A stretch of DNA of 64,000 nucleotides from the human T2T-CHM13v2.0 reference genome, Homo sapiens, in NCBI RefSeq assembly GCF_009914755.1, contig NC_060936.1. One strand, given 5' to 3'. The translations under genes were made by a program, and so were the position numbers. Shown here in pieces: positions 15,150 to 27,756 of this stretch. How positions within the stretch are numbered: position 1 is the stretch's first letter; each line of letters opens with the position of its first letter. The notes below the pieces were generated by a model. The model saw only the letters and a list, made by a program, of their open reading frames with translations, had not been told where the DNA came from and did no database searches.

Positions 15150-16233
15150 GAACAGGCAATCTATAGAATGGGATAAAATTTTTGCAATCTATCCATCTGA
15201 CAAACGGCTAATATCTAGAATCTACAAGGAACTTAAACAAATTTACGAGAAAAATCAAACAACCCCATCAAAAAGTGGGCGAAAGATATGAACAGACACT
15301 TCTCAAAAGAAGATATTTATATGGCCAACAAGCATATGAAAAAAAAGCTTATCACTGGTCATTAGAGAAATGCAAATCAAAACCACAATGAGACACCATC
15401 TCACACCAGTTAGAATGGCGATCATTAAAAAGTCAGGAAACAACAGATGCTGGAGAGGACATGGAGAAATAGGAATGCTTTTACACTGTTGGTGGGAGTG
15501 TAAACTAGTTCAACCATTGTGGAAGACAGTGTGGTCATTCCTCAAGGATCTAGAAATAAAAATACCATTTGACCCAGCAATCTCATTACTGGGTATATAC
15601 TCAAAGAATTATAAATCATTCTACTATAAGGACACATATACAGCTATGTTTATTGCAACACTATTCTCAATAGCAAAGAATTGGAACCAACCCAAATGCC
15701 CATCAGTGATAGACTGGATAAAGAAAATGTGGCACATATATACCATGGAATACTATGCAGCCATAAAAAAGGATGAGTTCATATCCTTTGCAGGGACATG
15801 GATGAAGCCGGAAACCATCATTCTCAGCAAACTAACACAGGAACAGAAAACCAAACACCACATGTTCTCACTCATAAGTGGGAGTTGAACAATGAGAACA
15901 CATGGACACAAGGAGGGGAACATCACACACCGGGCCCTGTCAGGGGGTGGGGTGCTAGGGGAGGGATAGCATTAGGAGAAATACCTAATGTAGATAACGG
16001 GTTGATGCATGTAGCAGTGGTACATTCCCACTTCCAAATATATTCTGATTTAGTGAGTCTTTGTACGTCCCAGTAATCAGTATTTTTGACAAGTTCCTCC
16101 GAATGATTTAATGTGCAACTAGGTTTAAGAGAAACATGCAGCAAACCACCATGGCACATGTATACCTATGTAACAAACCTGCACATTCTGCACATGTATC
16201 CCAGAACTTAAAGTATAATTAAAAAAAAAAAAA
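15150..16233 (+). mobile_element. 5'-truncated L1PA (L1PA7-like) with a foreign ~130-bp insertion in its 3' UTR
   Basis: ORF 15370-15888 is the ORF2p C-terminus ([28 protein letters not shown]...HMFSLISGS). 3' UTR with 'gcaaaccaccatggcac' and poly(A) at 16221-16233. Non-L1 sequence at 16008-16137. Confidence 0.95.
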
Positions 16234-17169
16234 AGAAAGAAAAGGGAAGAAAGGGCCAAACTACTCAAAAGAATGCTGAAAATAAGAGGTTCAGTTGAAT
16301 ATGTTGAAAGTAATGGTAGAGGGGCTGTTAATGCTTCATCTTGGCAAAGACATAGAAAATCTTGGTGATTAATCAAAAGGTCAGAATCCGTTACTCTATT
16401 TCCTTTCCAAGTGTTTTCCCCAGGATGGTTTTTGTTTGGTGTTTTATTGAGCTCTTGCTTCCTCTGCAAGTGAGCCTAATCTATATGCAGCTCTGGAGCA
16501 ATGTCTAGCAATTGATTGTTATTTTCTGGACTCTGGCTGCAGGCTTGTCCATGAAAGTTGGAAGGTCTACCACAAAATTGCAAGTGGAGGCTCAGTGCTG
16601 ACCCCTTCTTTTTCCTCCACCTCTGTTCCACACAATGAGTTCCCTCTTGTACATGTGTATGCCCTGAGCCACATGTACCAGCTTCTCAACTACAAGCAGT
16701 CTCCTTTTGGCTCTATGGTCCTAAGGATACATATGTCAGAGATGAGGTTTGCAGACAAAGGAGGAGGCCCATTCAGTCCTTAGAAATAGGCTCAGAGCAT
16801 TGGATTAGGGATTTTCAGGGTTCCTGGTACATGCAGATGGTGTAGAAGAGGTAATGGGATACTGAATTGGATCTAGATTCTTGGCCTCAGGAACATCTGT
16901 TCTAGTGGTAAGGAATGAGACCAAAAGAAGACCAGAGCAGGGCTGAAGCACAGAGCATCCGACAGGGTTGCCTCGATTTTCTCACGTCCCTGATGTACAG
17001 TAAGCATTTAGTACCAATAAGTCATTTAGCAGCTGCTGTATCATGAAAATGTTTCCATGCTGGTGGAAGGAACCAGAATGAGGATGTCAGAAGTTATCTG
17101 CAAAGTTACATTAGGCTTATACAATATTTTTTGTACTCATATTTCTACAAAGACCTCAGTTATAACTTT

Positions 17170-17510
17170 TATTATTTGCTTATGCCTATCATTCCATTAG
17201 AATACTTCTTTTCTTTCTTGTCTGCCTGAAAATTTTGCAAGTTTTCTTTAAAAGCCCAGGTCAAACTTATACTCTGTATGAAACTTTCCCCAATCTTCCA
17301 TCAGCAGAATTAACTTATGTTTAGATAGCACTTTATACATAACTCTAACTTAACACTGCCACACAGCATTACATTTAGGTATATGTATTTTCTCTATTAG
17401 AATATAAATTCACTGAACACATGATATTTGCTCATTCTTTCTTTACCCCAAACCAAATACAGTATTTGGTATATACAAAGGATACAACTAACTTTTGATG
17501 AATTGAATTA
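17170..17510 (+). mobile_element. LINE-2 3' fragment (old)
   Basis: aaagcccaggtcaaac..., tattagaatataaattcactga..., ending gatgaattgaatt. Confidence 0.5.
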
Positions 17511-17667
17511 AACACATATGTTAAGTTTCCTATTCCTACACTGTTTTGTTTATCTTTTTCTTGAAACTAACTTTTGTCAAGATCTTTTGTGGAAAATGTG
17601 ACAGAATATTCTAGGTATTATGTAACCAGGATGGTCTAAAGTAGGCAAATTATCTTTATTGATTCAG

Positions 17668-17875
17668 CCAATCATTTGGAAACCTTTATTTCTGCAAAGG
17701 GCCAGATAGTAAATAATTTAGGCTTTTCTGACTATACAGTCTCTTTCCTGCCACTCAACTCTGATGTTATAGCACAAAAGCAACACAGATAATATGTATA
17801 CAGCAGGCATGGCTGTGTTCCAGTAAAACTTTATTTACAAAAACAGGTAGCAGGCCAGATGTGGCCCTGATCTAT
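17668..17875 (+). mobile_element. MER58A (hAT-Charlie)
   Basis: aaagggccagatagtaaata...ggcatggctgtgttccagtaaaactttatttacaaaaacagg. Confidence 0.85.
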
Positions 17876-18399
17876 ACCAGCACTTCTTAAACATGGTTAC
17901 ACAAGAGAATAAGTCCTAATGCTTTAAAGCATCCAATTACACACTAACTTCCCTCATACACATACAGAATGGTGATAGTTATGTACTATCTTAAGAGAAT
18001 TGAGAAAATAGTTATTCAAATAGTATTTTTTTTTCTATGGTTCAGATGAGCAATGCTGGCTGACAGAAATGCTTATCTAGACACTAGACTTCCATTCATA
18101 GATAAGCCTAAGACTATATGATATTTTTAACACAAGCTATCATTGGTTCATATTGATTTTCTTTCCAGACAAATCCGCTTAGGTCTTTTATACTTCAGTT
18201 GTTTTATTATATCTAAATGGAAACTGCATATTTATCATTATTAATTATTTTCTTGTTGGTTTTATAAAGAAAATCTCCCATTTCTTCCATAATAAAGCAG
18301 TATTTTTTTCAATCTATATCTTATGAGCTTGAAATTGTATATATACAACTAAAATCCAGAACATAATTATTAAAATGTCTGAGAAATTGTTTTTAATTG

Positions 18400-18745
18400 A
18401 GTTTTATATGTACCTCCTAAGTGACTTTTTGTATCCAATACTCCATCCAAGCTCTGTAGATGTTATCAAGGCCCAAAACTTGAAATCTCAATTAGCTCCT
18501 CTCTTTTATTTTTTATTCAGTTTGTTAGAAAAGTTTGTTGGATTTATTTTTCCAAACACATCCAGCATATAACCACTAGCAACCATGCTGGTCTGAGTCA
18601 TCTTTATCTTTCCTCTCAATTACTGTAGTAACCTAACTGATCTTTGCTTCTGTCCCTGTCTCCTTTAGTCTACGCTAGGCATACTGCTAGAGGAGTCCTT
18701 TTAAAACATAAAACATATTTGTCTCTCCTTTGTTCAAAACCCAAA
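18400..18745 (+). mobile_element. LINE-2 internal fragment
   Basis: caaggcccaaaacttg...ttactgtagtaacctaactgatct...ctcctttgttcaaaacc. Confidence 0.55.
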
Positions 18746-19185
18746 GAGTAATCAGTTTTAGATGGAGAAAAATTTATGAGAAACGGGAGAGACCTGTCCA
18801 ATGTCACATAGACTGGTAGGTCTGGGCACTAGAGCACAAACATCTATCATTGAATCTGAAACCCTATCACATAACCAAAAGTTTCTAAATGTAAATTCAT
18901 GTGCTATTTGTTTTCTTAGTATTAGACATTTAAAAAAAATAATACCAAAGAGTATCTACTCCTACTTCTGACATAAATAAGTGCTAAGTTCCTTAGATCT
19001 CAATTCTAGTAGTCACATTGTATTAAACTTCAGGGTGGGGCATTAACTTTATTATAGGTACGCAATATATAAATATATGTATGCTTCTTCATCTCTGAAA
19101 TAAAGTTTATAGTATAAATACTATATTCCTCGTGTATTATCTGCAAGGATCAAATGAGATAACATTTATGGTAAGAGCTTTGTGG

Positions 19186-19487
<302 letters not shown>

Positions 19488-19532
19488 GCTTTGTAAAACT
19501 TAAAGAATTATAAATAGCAAGAGTTTACTTTC

Positions 19533-20044
19533 TTTTTTTTTCTCTCTTTTTAAAATTTATTTATTATTATTATACTTTAAGTTTTAGGGTACATGTGCAC
19601 AATGTGCAGGTTAGTTACATATGTATACATGTGCCTTGCTGGTGCGCTGCATCCACTAACTCATCATCTAGCATTAGGTATATCTCCCGATGCTATCCCT
19701 CCCCCCTCCCCCCACCCCACAACAGTCCCCAGAGTGTGATGTTCCCCTTCCTGTGTCCATGTGTTCTCATTGTTCAATTCCCACCTATGAGTGAGAATAT
19801 GCGGTGTTTGGTTTTTTGTTCTTGCGATAGTTTACACATGCACACGTATGTTTATTGTGGCATTATTCACAATAGCAAAGACTTGGAACCAACCCAAATG
19901 TCCAACAACGATAGACTGGATTAAGAAAATGTGGCACATATACACCATGGACTACTATGCAGCCATAAAAAATGATGAGTTCATGTCCTTTGTAGGGACA
20001 TGGATGAAACTGGAAACCATCATTCTCAGTAAACTATCGCAAGA
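19533..20044 (-). mobile_element. L1PA2-like element with 5' inversion (twin priming)
   Basis: Minus-strand poly(A) and 3' UTR at 19533-19835, then plus-strand ORF2 end at 19834-20044. TSD GCAAGAGTTTACTTTC at 19517-19532 and 20039-20054. Confidence 0.96.
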
Positions 20045-21053
20045 GTTTACTTTCACAGGTATTTAAAGAATAGAAATAACGTTACTTCATTGGGATCCAA
20101 ACCAAAGCAGAACCTTTTGTCCAATTATTATCAGTGAGATGTTTGTTTAGATGTGTAGATGGTGAAACTCTAGATTATGCCCCTTCTCAGTGGCTCACAG
20201 ACTTCCAAATATTACACAGAAATTAGAAAATGGTAAGAGAAAGAAGGTTTTCCATTTTAGCCATCATCTTGATGACAAAAGACCTTCAAATTTTATTATT
20301 GAAAGATTCCTATTTCATCCTCCTCTAACTTTTGGACTAAAAGTTGAGACCAGGGTGAAATACCAGGTATAGAGCCCAAGTGAACAAGCTTTTATTTGCA
20401 GGCATTTATATAGGGTCTTTTCTCTGTCCCAAGGAGATTAGGGGCCTTGGTGCCCTTGAAATCTCTGTCTTCTTCACCCATATTTTCTTGCTTCAGGAAA
20501 ATACTTCGAGGTCTTGCTTCTGAACCTGCTCACTCCACCTAACCTTTTTTTTTTTTTTGCTCTTGATTCCTGACTTCCTCTGTGGACTCAAACTATATAA
20601 AGTCTGTCCCCATCTCAAAGTTGTGGATCACCTCTACTCACTTCTACAACCATATATGCTTTCTGTGGACCTAGAACAGGTTGGAATTCTGGGAATCTAG
20701 CTTGAACAAGAAAGGAACTTGGACGTCATCTTTAAAGAAAATGTTCTCCTTTTTCCCTGAATACAAAGGACTCAGCATCATTTTGGTGAGAACTCAACCT
20801 TGCCTTTCTTCATCAGAAGTAAAAAGTGAATGTTTTTGAAAGTTCAGAACCATTCTATGCTATCTGTTAGATGTTAAAGGCAACTGGAATTTAGAAGAGG
20901 AGAAAAGAACACACACCAAAGATAAAAGCAACCTCACCACTCCAACTGCTTAATTTCCTATGCTTCACGTTTTGGTTTCTTCAGTTGGCAGGTTCCAAAA
21001 GTTATCTTTACACATATTCAAAATGTCAATTGTATTTCAGAATCCAAAAAATT

Positions 21054-21125
21054 AATATTTTCCAAACAGCTATTATATATATTTATTATATATCAATATT
21101 TTCCAAGCAGCTATTATATATATTT
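21054..21125. repeat. 31-bp direct repeat, period 41
   Basis: aatattttccaa(a/g)cagctattatatatattt at 21054-21084 and 21095-21125; one mismatch. Confidence 0.9.
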
Positions 21126-21419
21126 CCTTAATAACATATATACAAATAAACAGATGAGGCAGGCAGATGCATACAAATGTGTGTGTTTCTGTATGTGTGT
21201 GTGAGCTCCAATCACACTTCCCACAGGAACCATACATTTCTCATGAGCTCCTGTAATTTGAACTTTACCAAACTTGTCTTCATATTAACTTTTCCAATTA
21301 ATCACATAGAAACTCAAACTCGTTTTACATTTGAATCTGGTAATTGTGTAATCTTTATCAGCAGAGCAAAAAGCTGAAATAAATTTTAAAACAGGTATAT
21401 ACAATATCATATCTAGAAT

Positions 21420-21600
21420 GTATTAATTACTTAGGTATGAGACACTATTCAAAGCTCTTTACAGATTTTATTTCTTTAATTCTAAAGACAACATCATGAG
21501 ATAGGTTCTATGATTGTACCAATTTTAGCAACAACAAAGGAGATATGGAAAGTCACAAATGTGTGTGGCAGGCATAGCAGGAATTTAAACAGATGATAAC
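21420..21600 (-). mobile_element. MIR
   Basis: tttaattctaaagacaacatcatgagataggttctatgattgtaccaatttta. Confidence 0.55.
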
Positions 21601-23129
21601 CCTGAGTTAAGAATAACCCGTGGAATTTCTGATTTGTGGGTGGAAGAAGAATTCTCACTCTTAACTGTTTTTTAAAAAACTAATATAGTGATGTACTAGT
21701 TTTGTATAGTCATCATAAAAGAAAAAAATCTTCAAAGAAATTGCTATTACAAACAAAATATTCATGACTAACAAGCATAAAAATAAGGCCATGTCTGAAA
21801 TCATGTTCACCCACATGAAACATTAAACTCAGAATCAGCCAGGGAGGCTGATGTGCAACTAATTAGAAAACATTCTAATTAGTTTTCTTTATAGTTTTCC
21901 TTGTTTTTCATCTTTATCCTTTCCTTAATCTTCAAATGGCAGCTGGGTAGATGTGGTGAAGTTACATACACAACAATAATTCACCAGGAAAAGGAAAGCC
22001 ATGTTCAATAAGATTTTCATTGCAAGATACATAACAAAAAAATCTGTTAATTTTCAAGCAAAGCAATGAAAGCTGAACACTCCCTAGCATACAGAGATGA
22101 TTCTGAAAAATATTGGGTCAATTTTGTGACCATTTTTGACCCATATCTGGGCATTTTCCAATAGTGTCAAGAGACATCATTTACATTTGAAAATGCGTAT
22201 ACAAAGGAAAAAAGAAACCTCTCACCACTGCCAACAGACACTTTGTGATGGGTGTGTCAATTAGCACAAACTTTTGGAAAATTATTAAGAAAATAATACA
22301 TCTTCAAGGAAAACATTATAAGAAAATAATTAGAAATGAACATCAAGATTTATAAACAATAATATCCATAGGTAAAATTGATTAAAATGTAATTTATAAT
22401 CATGCAAATTTGGATAACATAGGAAAATATTTCAAATAATAGTACATTTTTAAAAAGGACTGTACAGGATTATATCTACCAGTAGATTTCAAATACACAA
22501 AAATATATTCAAAGTTGCATCAAGCTATTTCCTCTATACTGTAGGTTCTGTGAGGGGAAAAACGAAAAACAACCCTGATGTTTACTTTCATACCTTTGGC
22601 ATCTACATCAGTATATGGAACATAATCAATGCTCGGTACAAAAAAGAAAGTTAAATGATGAATGAATACATGTATTTCCCTTCATATATATTCAATATAT
22701 GCCTGGTAAGCAGTCCTTTAAGAACCCAACATTTCCAAGTCCTGAGCTGATTGTCTAACTGAATAGACCAAACATTTCTACAGGAAGCAGACAGTGTCTA
22801 TTCAAAGAAAGAGTCCTTTCTTCTACTCTTAGTTTTGCTAAATTGGGCAGTAGAATGTTTCTGTTTGTTAATTTGAAAAAAAAAAAGATAATAGTCTAAC
22901 AACTTTTTAGGTTTCTTGTGCAGTTTATGTGACACAAGGCATGAAAAACATTTAGCATATAAACACATAGCACTAAATAAATCAGAGGTGCAGTTACTCC
23001 AGTAAACGGAATCTCTCAAGGCCTATAGAGATGTATTGTGTGATTTTCTTTTTCTGCCTGCTTTTAAGTTTTTTTCTGTAGTGTCCGTCAATGTCAGCAT
23101 GTTAGCTAACAATGTGTTTAATACTTAGC

Positions 23130-23420
23130 AGATGCTGTCTTATCATCCCTTACTTAAAGTCCCTTAACGGCTCCCTAATGCCTTCATTACAAAATCTAAA
23201 CACCTCATGCTGACACAAAACATACCTGATGTCCTGGTCGGCCTCTGGCTCTCCCTTCCCATCTCCCACTGCTATCTCTTATGTACCTGCAGCCAAAACA
23301 AATTACTTACATTCTCTGAGCATTCTACCTTCTAAACTTTGTGATGCTGGACCCAGCCTAAAATGGAATTTTTCTTTAATCTAAATTCTAATCTTCCTTT
23401 AAAGTTAACTCATTAGTTTT
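23130..23420 (+). mobile_element. LINE-2 fragment
   Basis: cttaaagtcccttaacggctccctaatgcc...aaaatctaaacacctca. Confidence 0.55.
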
Positions 23421-23481
23421 TATTGCACTTAAAAATAATTTTAGCTTTTCTCAAAAATGTTTAATTTCTAAACTTTTTATT

Positions 23482-24465
23482 GCTTATTTTTATTTCAAAA
23501 TATTTGGGGTTCAGGTGGTTTTTGGTTACATGGATGAGTTCTCTGGTGGTGATTTCTGAGATTTTGGTGCACCTGTCATTCGAGCAATATACTGTATACT
23601 CAATATGTAGTCTTTTTTCCCTCACTCCCCTCCCATTCTTCCCCACAAGTCCCAAAAGTTCATTACCTCATTCTTATGCTTTTACAGCCTCATAGCTTAG
23701 CTTCCACTTATAAATAAATGAGAACAAAATATTGTATTTGGTTTTCCATTCCTGATTTACTTCACTTAGAATAATCACCTTCAGCTTCATCCAAATTGTA
23801 GCAAAAGACATTATTTTGTTCCTTTTTATGCCTGAGTAGTATTCCATGGTGTTAAGTAAAAAGCTTCTGAACAGCAAAATAAATAATCAGCAGAGTAAAC
23901 AGACAACCCACTGGGTAGGAGAAAATATTTACAAACTACGCATCTGACAAAGGAATAATATCCAGAATTGACACAGAACTCAACCAAATCAGCAAGGAAA
24001 ATAATAATAATCCCATCAAAAAGTGGGCAAAGGACATGAATAGACAATTTTCAATAGAAGATATACAAATGGCCAACAAACATGGAAAAATGCTCAACAT
24101 CACTAATTATCAGGGAAACGCAAAGTTAAACCACAATGAGATACCAACTTATTCTTGCAGGGATGTACATAATTTAAAAAGTCAAAAAACAATATATGTT
24201 GGCATGGATGTGGTGAAAAGGGAACACTTTTACACTGCTGGTGGGAATGTAAACTAGTACAACCACTATGGAAAACAGTATGGAAATTCCACAGAAAACT
24301 AAAAGTAGAACTACCATTTGATCCAGCAACCCCACTACTGGGTATCTACCCAAAGGAAAATAAGTCATTATACGAAAAAGAAACATGCACCTGCAAGTTT
24401 ACAGCAGCAAAATTCACAATTGCAAAGATATGGAACCAACCTAAGTTCCCATCAACCCAGTGGTT
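23482..24465 (-). mobile_element. L1PB (L1PB1-like) with 5' inversion
   Basis: Minus-strand L1PB 3' UTR (tttggttacatggatgagttctctggtggtgatttctgagattttggtgcacc) to ~23852, then plus-strand ORF2 segment to 24465. TSD AACTTTTTATT at 23471-23481 and 24466-24476. Confidence 0.92.
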
Positions 24466-24620
24466 AACTTTTTATTTTGAAAGGATTTTAGATTTATAGA
24501 AGAGCTATAAAGATAGTACACAGAGTTCACATGTACCTTTCATCCTCTTTCCTCTAATGTTGACATCTTATGGTATGTTCACCATACTAAGAAATTAATA
24601 TTTGTGTAACAGTTTACTTT
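24466..24620 (-). mobile_element. Old L1M 3' end (insertion target of the L1PB)
   Basis: ttttattttgaaaggattttagatttatagaagagctataaagatagtacacagagttc; same class as 9058-9530. Confidence 0.65.
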
Positions 24621-27344
24621 TATTTTTAAAAATGATTTTATGTAGTTTTAAAAATCTATGCCACTTGAAATTGGTCAACAATATATAATAAAGATAGAAC
24701 AATCAGGCATACATAGGTGGGTAACCTTTCTCTGAAGATCATTGTCATAAGAATGTTTTCTCTATATTTTCCATTAGCAAATTATGAAGTGAATCCAGAT
24801 TTGTCATCTATGACATTTAAATGGCAATAAATTAGCAGCCTGATTTATAAATGATTTTCCTCTCAGTGCCAGAATTAAACTGCATTGCTCTACAAAAATG
24901 AACAAGCAAAGAAACCACAAAGTCATATTCAAGTATTTGTTTTTTATCTTTTTGTTTACCCATATGATTATTTCTTGAATTAATACTACATGAGCAGATT
25001 GATTTGGAATTGTTACAACAGACAAAAAATCTTTTATCTCTGCCTCACTAGAACTTCCAGAATTTAATTAAAATTTATTCATTGATTCTGCCCTCTTCTA
25101 TCCCAGTCAAGTTCCTCCCCTGAACAAATACAGTATATAGGGTCAGTGCAATGAGCAGAATTGCTCAGAAAATGTCCTCTCTCCTATTAACCTTACCCAC
25201 ATGTGAACATCTACTGATGTTAGCATTTAAAACACCTTATCTTTCTTTTATTCTAAAAGAAAATTAATTTAAGTAATAAGTAAAATTCAGAATTAAGGTC
25301 TTCACTGTTACATTCTATCATAGTGCAATTCACATATTAAGTTGCTAAATAGTGACAACACCTGTAACTTTTCTTCTGTAATCATCTGAGCAAATGAATT
25401 AACTGTAAGTTAAGTTACTTTATTTTGACACTTCTAAGAGTGCTTTTTTTAAAATTAGGATTTTCATACATGTAACTTTAGGACATTTTTGGAGGTATGC
25501 ACTGTCTTATACTGTATCCACATGCAAGTAAACTCACTTACTAAGGCTGAAATTAGAAATAAAACAGTTTAAGGAAATTTGGTATGCTTAAATCATGCAA
25601 TTCTGATACAACTAAATGATACTTTTTTTGACACATATGACCATTCAAAATAATTACTTTTATACAATGATAAAGTTGATGTCTGTTTTAAAAATTAAAT
25701 ATACTAAATTATCCTGCATGGGCTACCTTTATTCCTTGTTTAAATCCACTGTGCTTTCCTTGATACAAGATTGGTAGAAATAAATTAACTCATTTATTAT
25801 TCTATGACATTTTATCATTTAAGCTGTCACTTATGCTTTTATTATAGAGAAGAATCTCTGGTGGATTCTTAGAGACTTTCTTCTTATCCACTTTTTTGCA
25901 TTCCTTAAGTGTTGTTTTCTGCTATTATATTCAATCTTTAAGATCATATACAGCTAAAATAAATTTAATGAGAGAGAAAGTATGTGTTTCTATTACTGGC
26001 ATTGCCGTGAATTTTATATCACTGGTTTGCTTTGGTATTTTTACACTGAAAAATGAAGATACATAAAATCATCATAATAAAAAACAAACTGCCAATTAAA
26101 ATTATACTTTATTTATAATGAACAGTATTTGAGAGGTGCTGAAGTAACTAATGCTAATTCAAGTAATGGGGGGTACAAGGTTACCCCTTTCTTTCCTACC
26201 AGCTACATGTACCAAAGAGTAAATCAAAAGAAACCTTTCCTGTAGGATAGAAAGCCTGCTGTGTTTCTGAAATCTTGAAGATTACCCAACATAGATATAA
26301 ACACACTCTGGTAAATGCAAATAACATACAAATCTAAAAGCATATTATTTATATTGATAAATATGCTGTGTTTACACAAATTAATAAAAATGTAAATAGC
26401 AAAAATTCTAAAGATTTTGCTACAATTATTTTAGCTTTATCATCAATTTCTCTTTCTGACTTGGGTTTGGATTTAGCTGCTCTTCAACTACTCTGATGGC
26501 CAGTCTAGGCTACTGAAGACTATCACTTGCTTTATTCATCAGCTTAGATGCTTATACTACACCTTCTCAGTGAGTGTCATCTGGATGTTTTAAAGTCAAC
26601 TCAAATTCAATGTCTTCAAAACTTACCTCCCCCACATTTTCTCTTTTTGAATATTGTTTGATAAACACTGGATTATTTAACAATTCTATTTTTCAAATCA
26701 GAAATCTGGGAGTCATTCTACATTCATTTTTCTCATGAGTACATCCAGTATATCACCAAAGCCTAAAACTTCTACCCCAAATAGATTTCTAGAGTCTCAC
26801 TCTTTTCTCTCTTTTCTCACATTTGATCATCTCTTACCAAAACTCTTTCTTGAATTTCCACTATACCAGCACATCATATACTTGGAAAGACCTTAAACTC
26901 CCAGCATGCCAAATTTTTTTTTTTTGTATCTCATGGTTTAAATGGTTTTAAAGATATTATATTTTTTCCACATGGATTGTGGGAATTAAGGAAAAGATGC
27001 TCTCCAAATTTATAATTCTTATATAGCTTTTCTATTTGGGGAAGAGTAGAAGAGTGGAAAAGCATATTGGATTTGTTTCAGATAGATTAGTTTTATCATT
27101 TCTAAGTTCAAATAATGTCTTTATGCTTGTTTAAAGTTGGCCAAGTTATTGTAACTACCAGGAGATAGATTCTACTTATTTGTAAGAGGAGGATAATTCT
27201 TCCTGAAAGAGTTCTTGTTGAGATTAAATCAGATGTAATATATAATGTTCCTGTCTTCATTTATCAACTCTTCTATCCACTTAGCTTTCAGTTACCAGAC
27301 ATTTCCAATTATAATTTGATATATAAAATAAAATTTCACTTTGT

Positions 27345-27756
27345 TGTTATGGGTTGAGTTGTGTCCTCTGCCAAATATGTCGAAGTCCTAACCCTAGTAC
27401 TTTAAAGTTTGAACCTATTTGGAAATAGGGTCTTTGCAGACGTTAAAAATAAGTGATTTGGTTGGGTCCTAACCCAATATGACTGTGTCCTTATAAGCAG
27501 GAGAAATTTGGACAGAGACAAACACATACACAGGAAGACAATATGAAGACACAGGGAGAGGTCATCTACAACACAAGGAATCTGAGGCAATCAAAAGTTC
27601 AAAGAATGGACCAGATTCTTGCAAAGAGCCTTCAGAAGGAACTAACCCTGCAAACACCTTGATTTTAGACTTTTAGCATCCAGACTGTGAGATAACAAAT
27701 TTCTGTTGTGTAAGCCACAGTGGTACATTCTTATGGCAGCCTCAGCCAACTAATAA
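27345..27756 (+). mobile_element. MaLR solo LTR (MLT1B-like)
   Basis: tgttatgggttgagttgtgtcc...tatttggaaatagggtctttgcag...ccttcagaaggaactaaccctgc...ctaata. Confidence 0.88.

Noticed and set aside
13391-16141. Treating the two MER5-like segments as independent transposon insertions
   Set aside because: Gap-free 88% identity is too high for independent ancient copies, and one lies inside a far younger L1 without TIRs.
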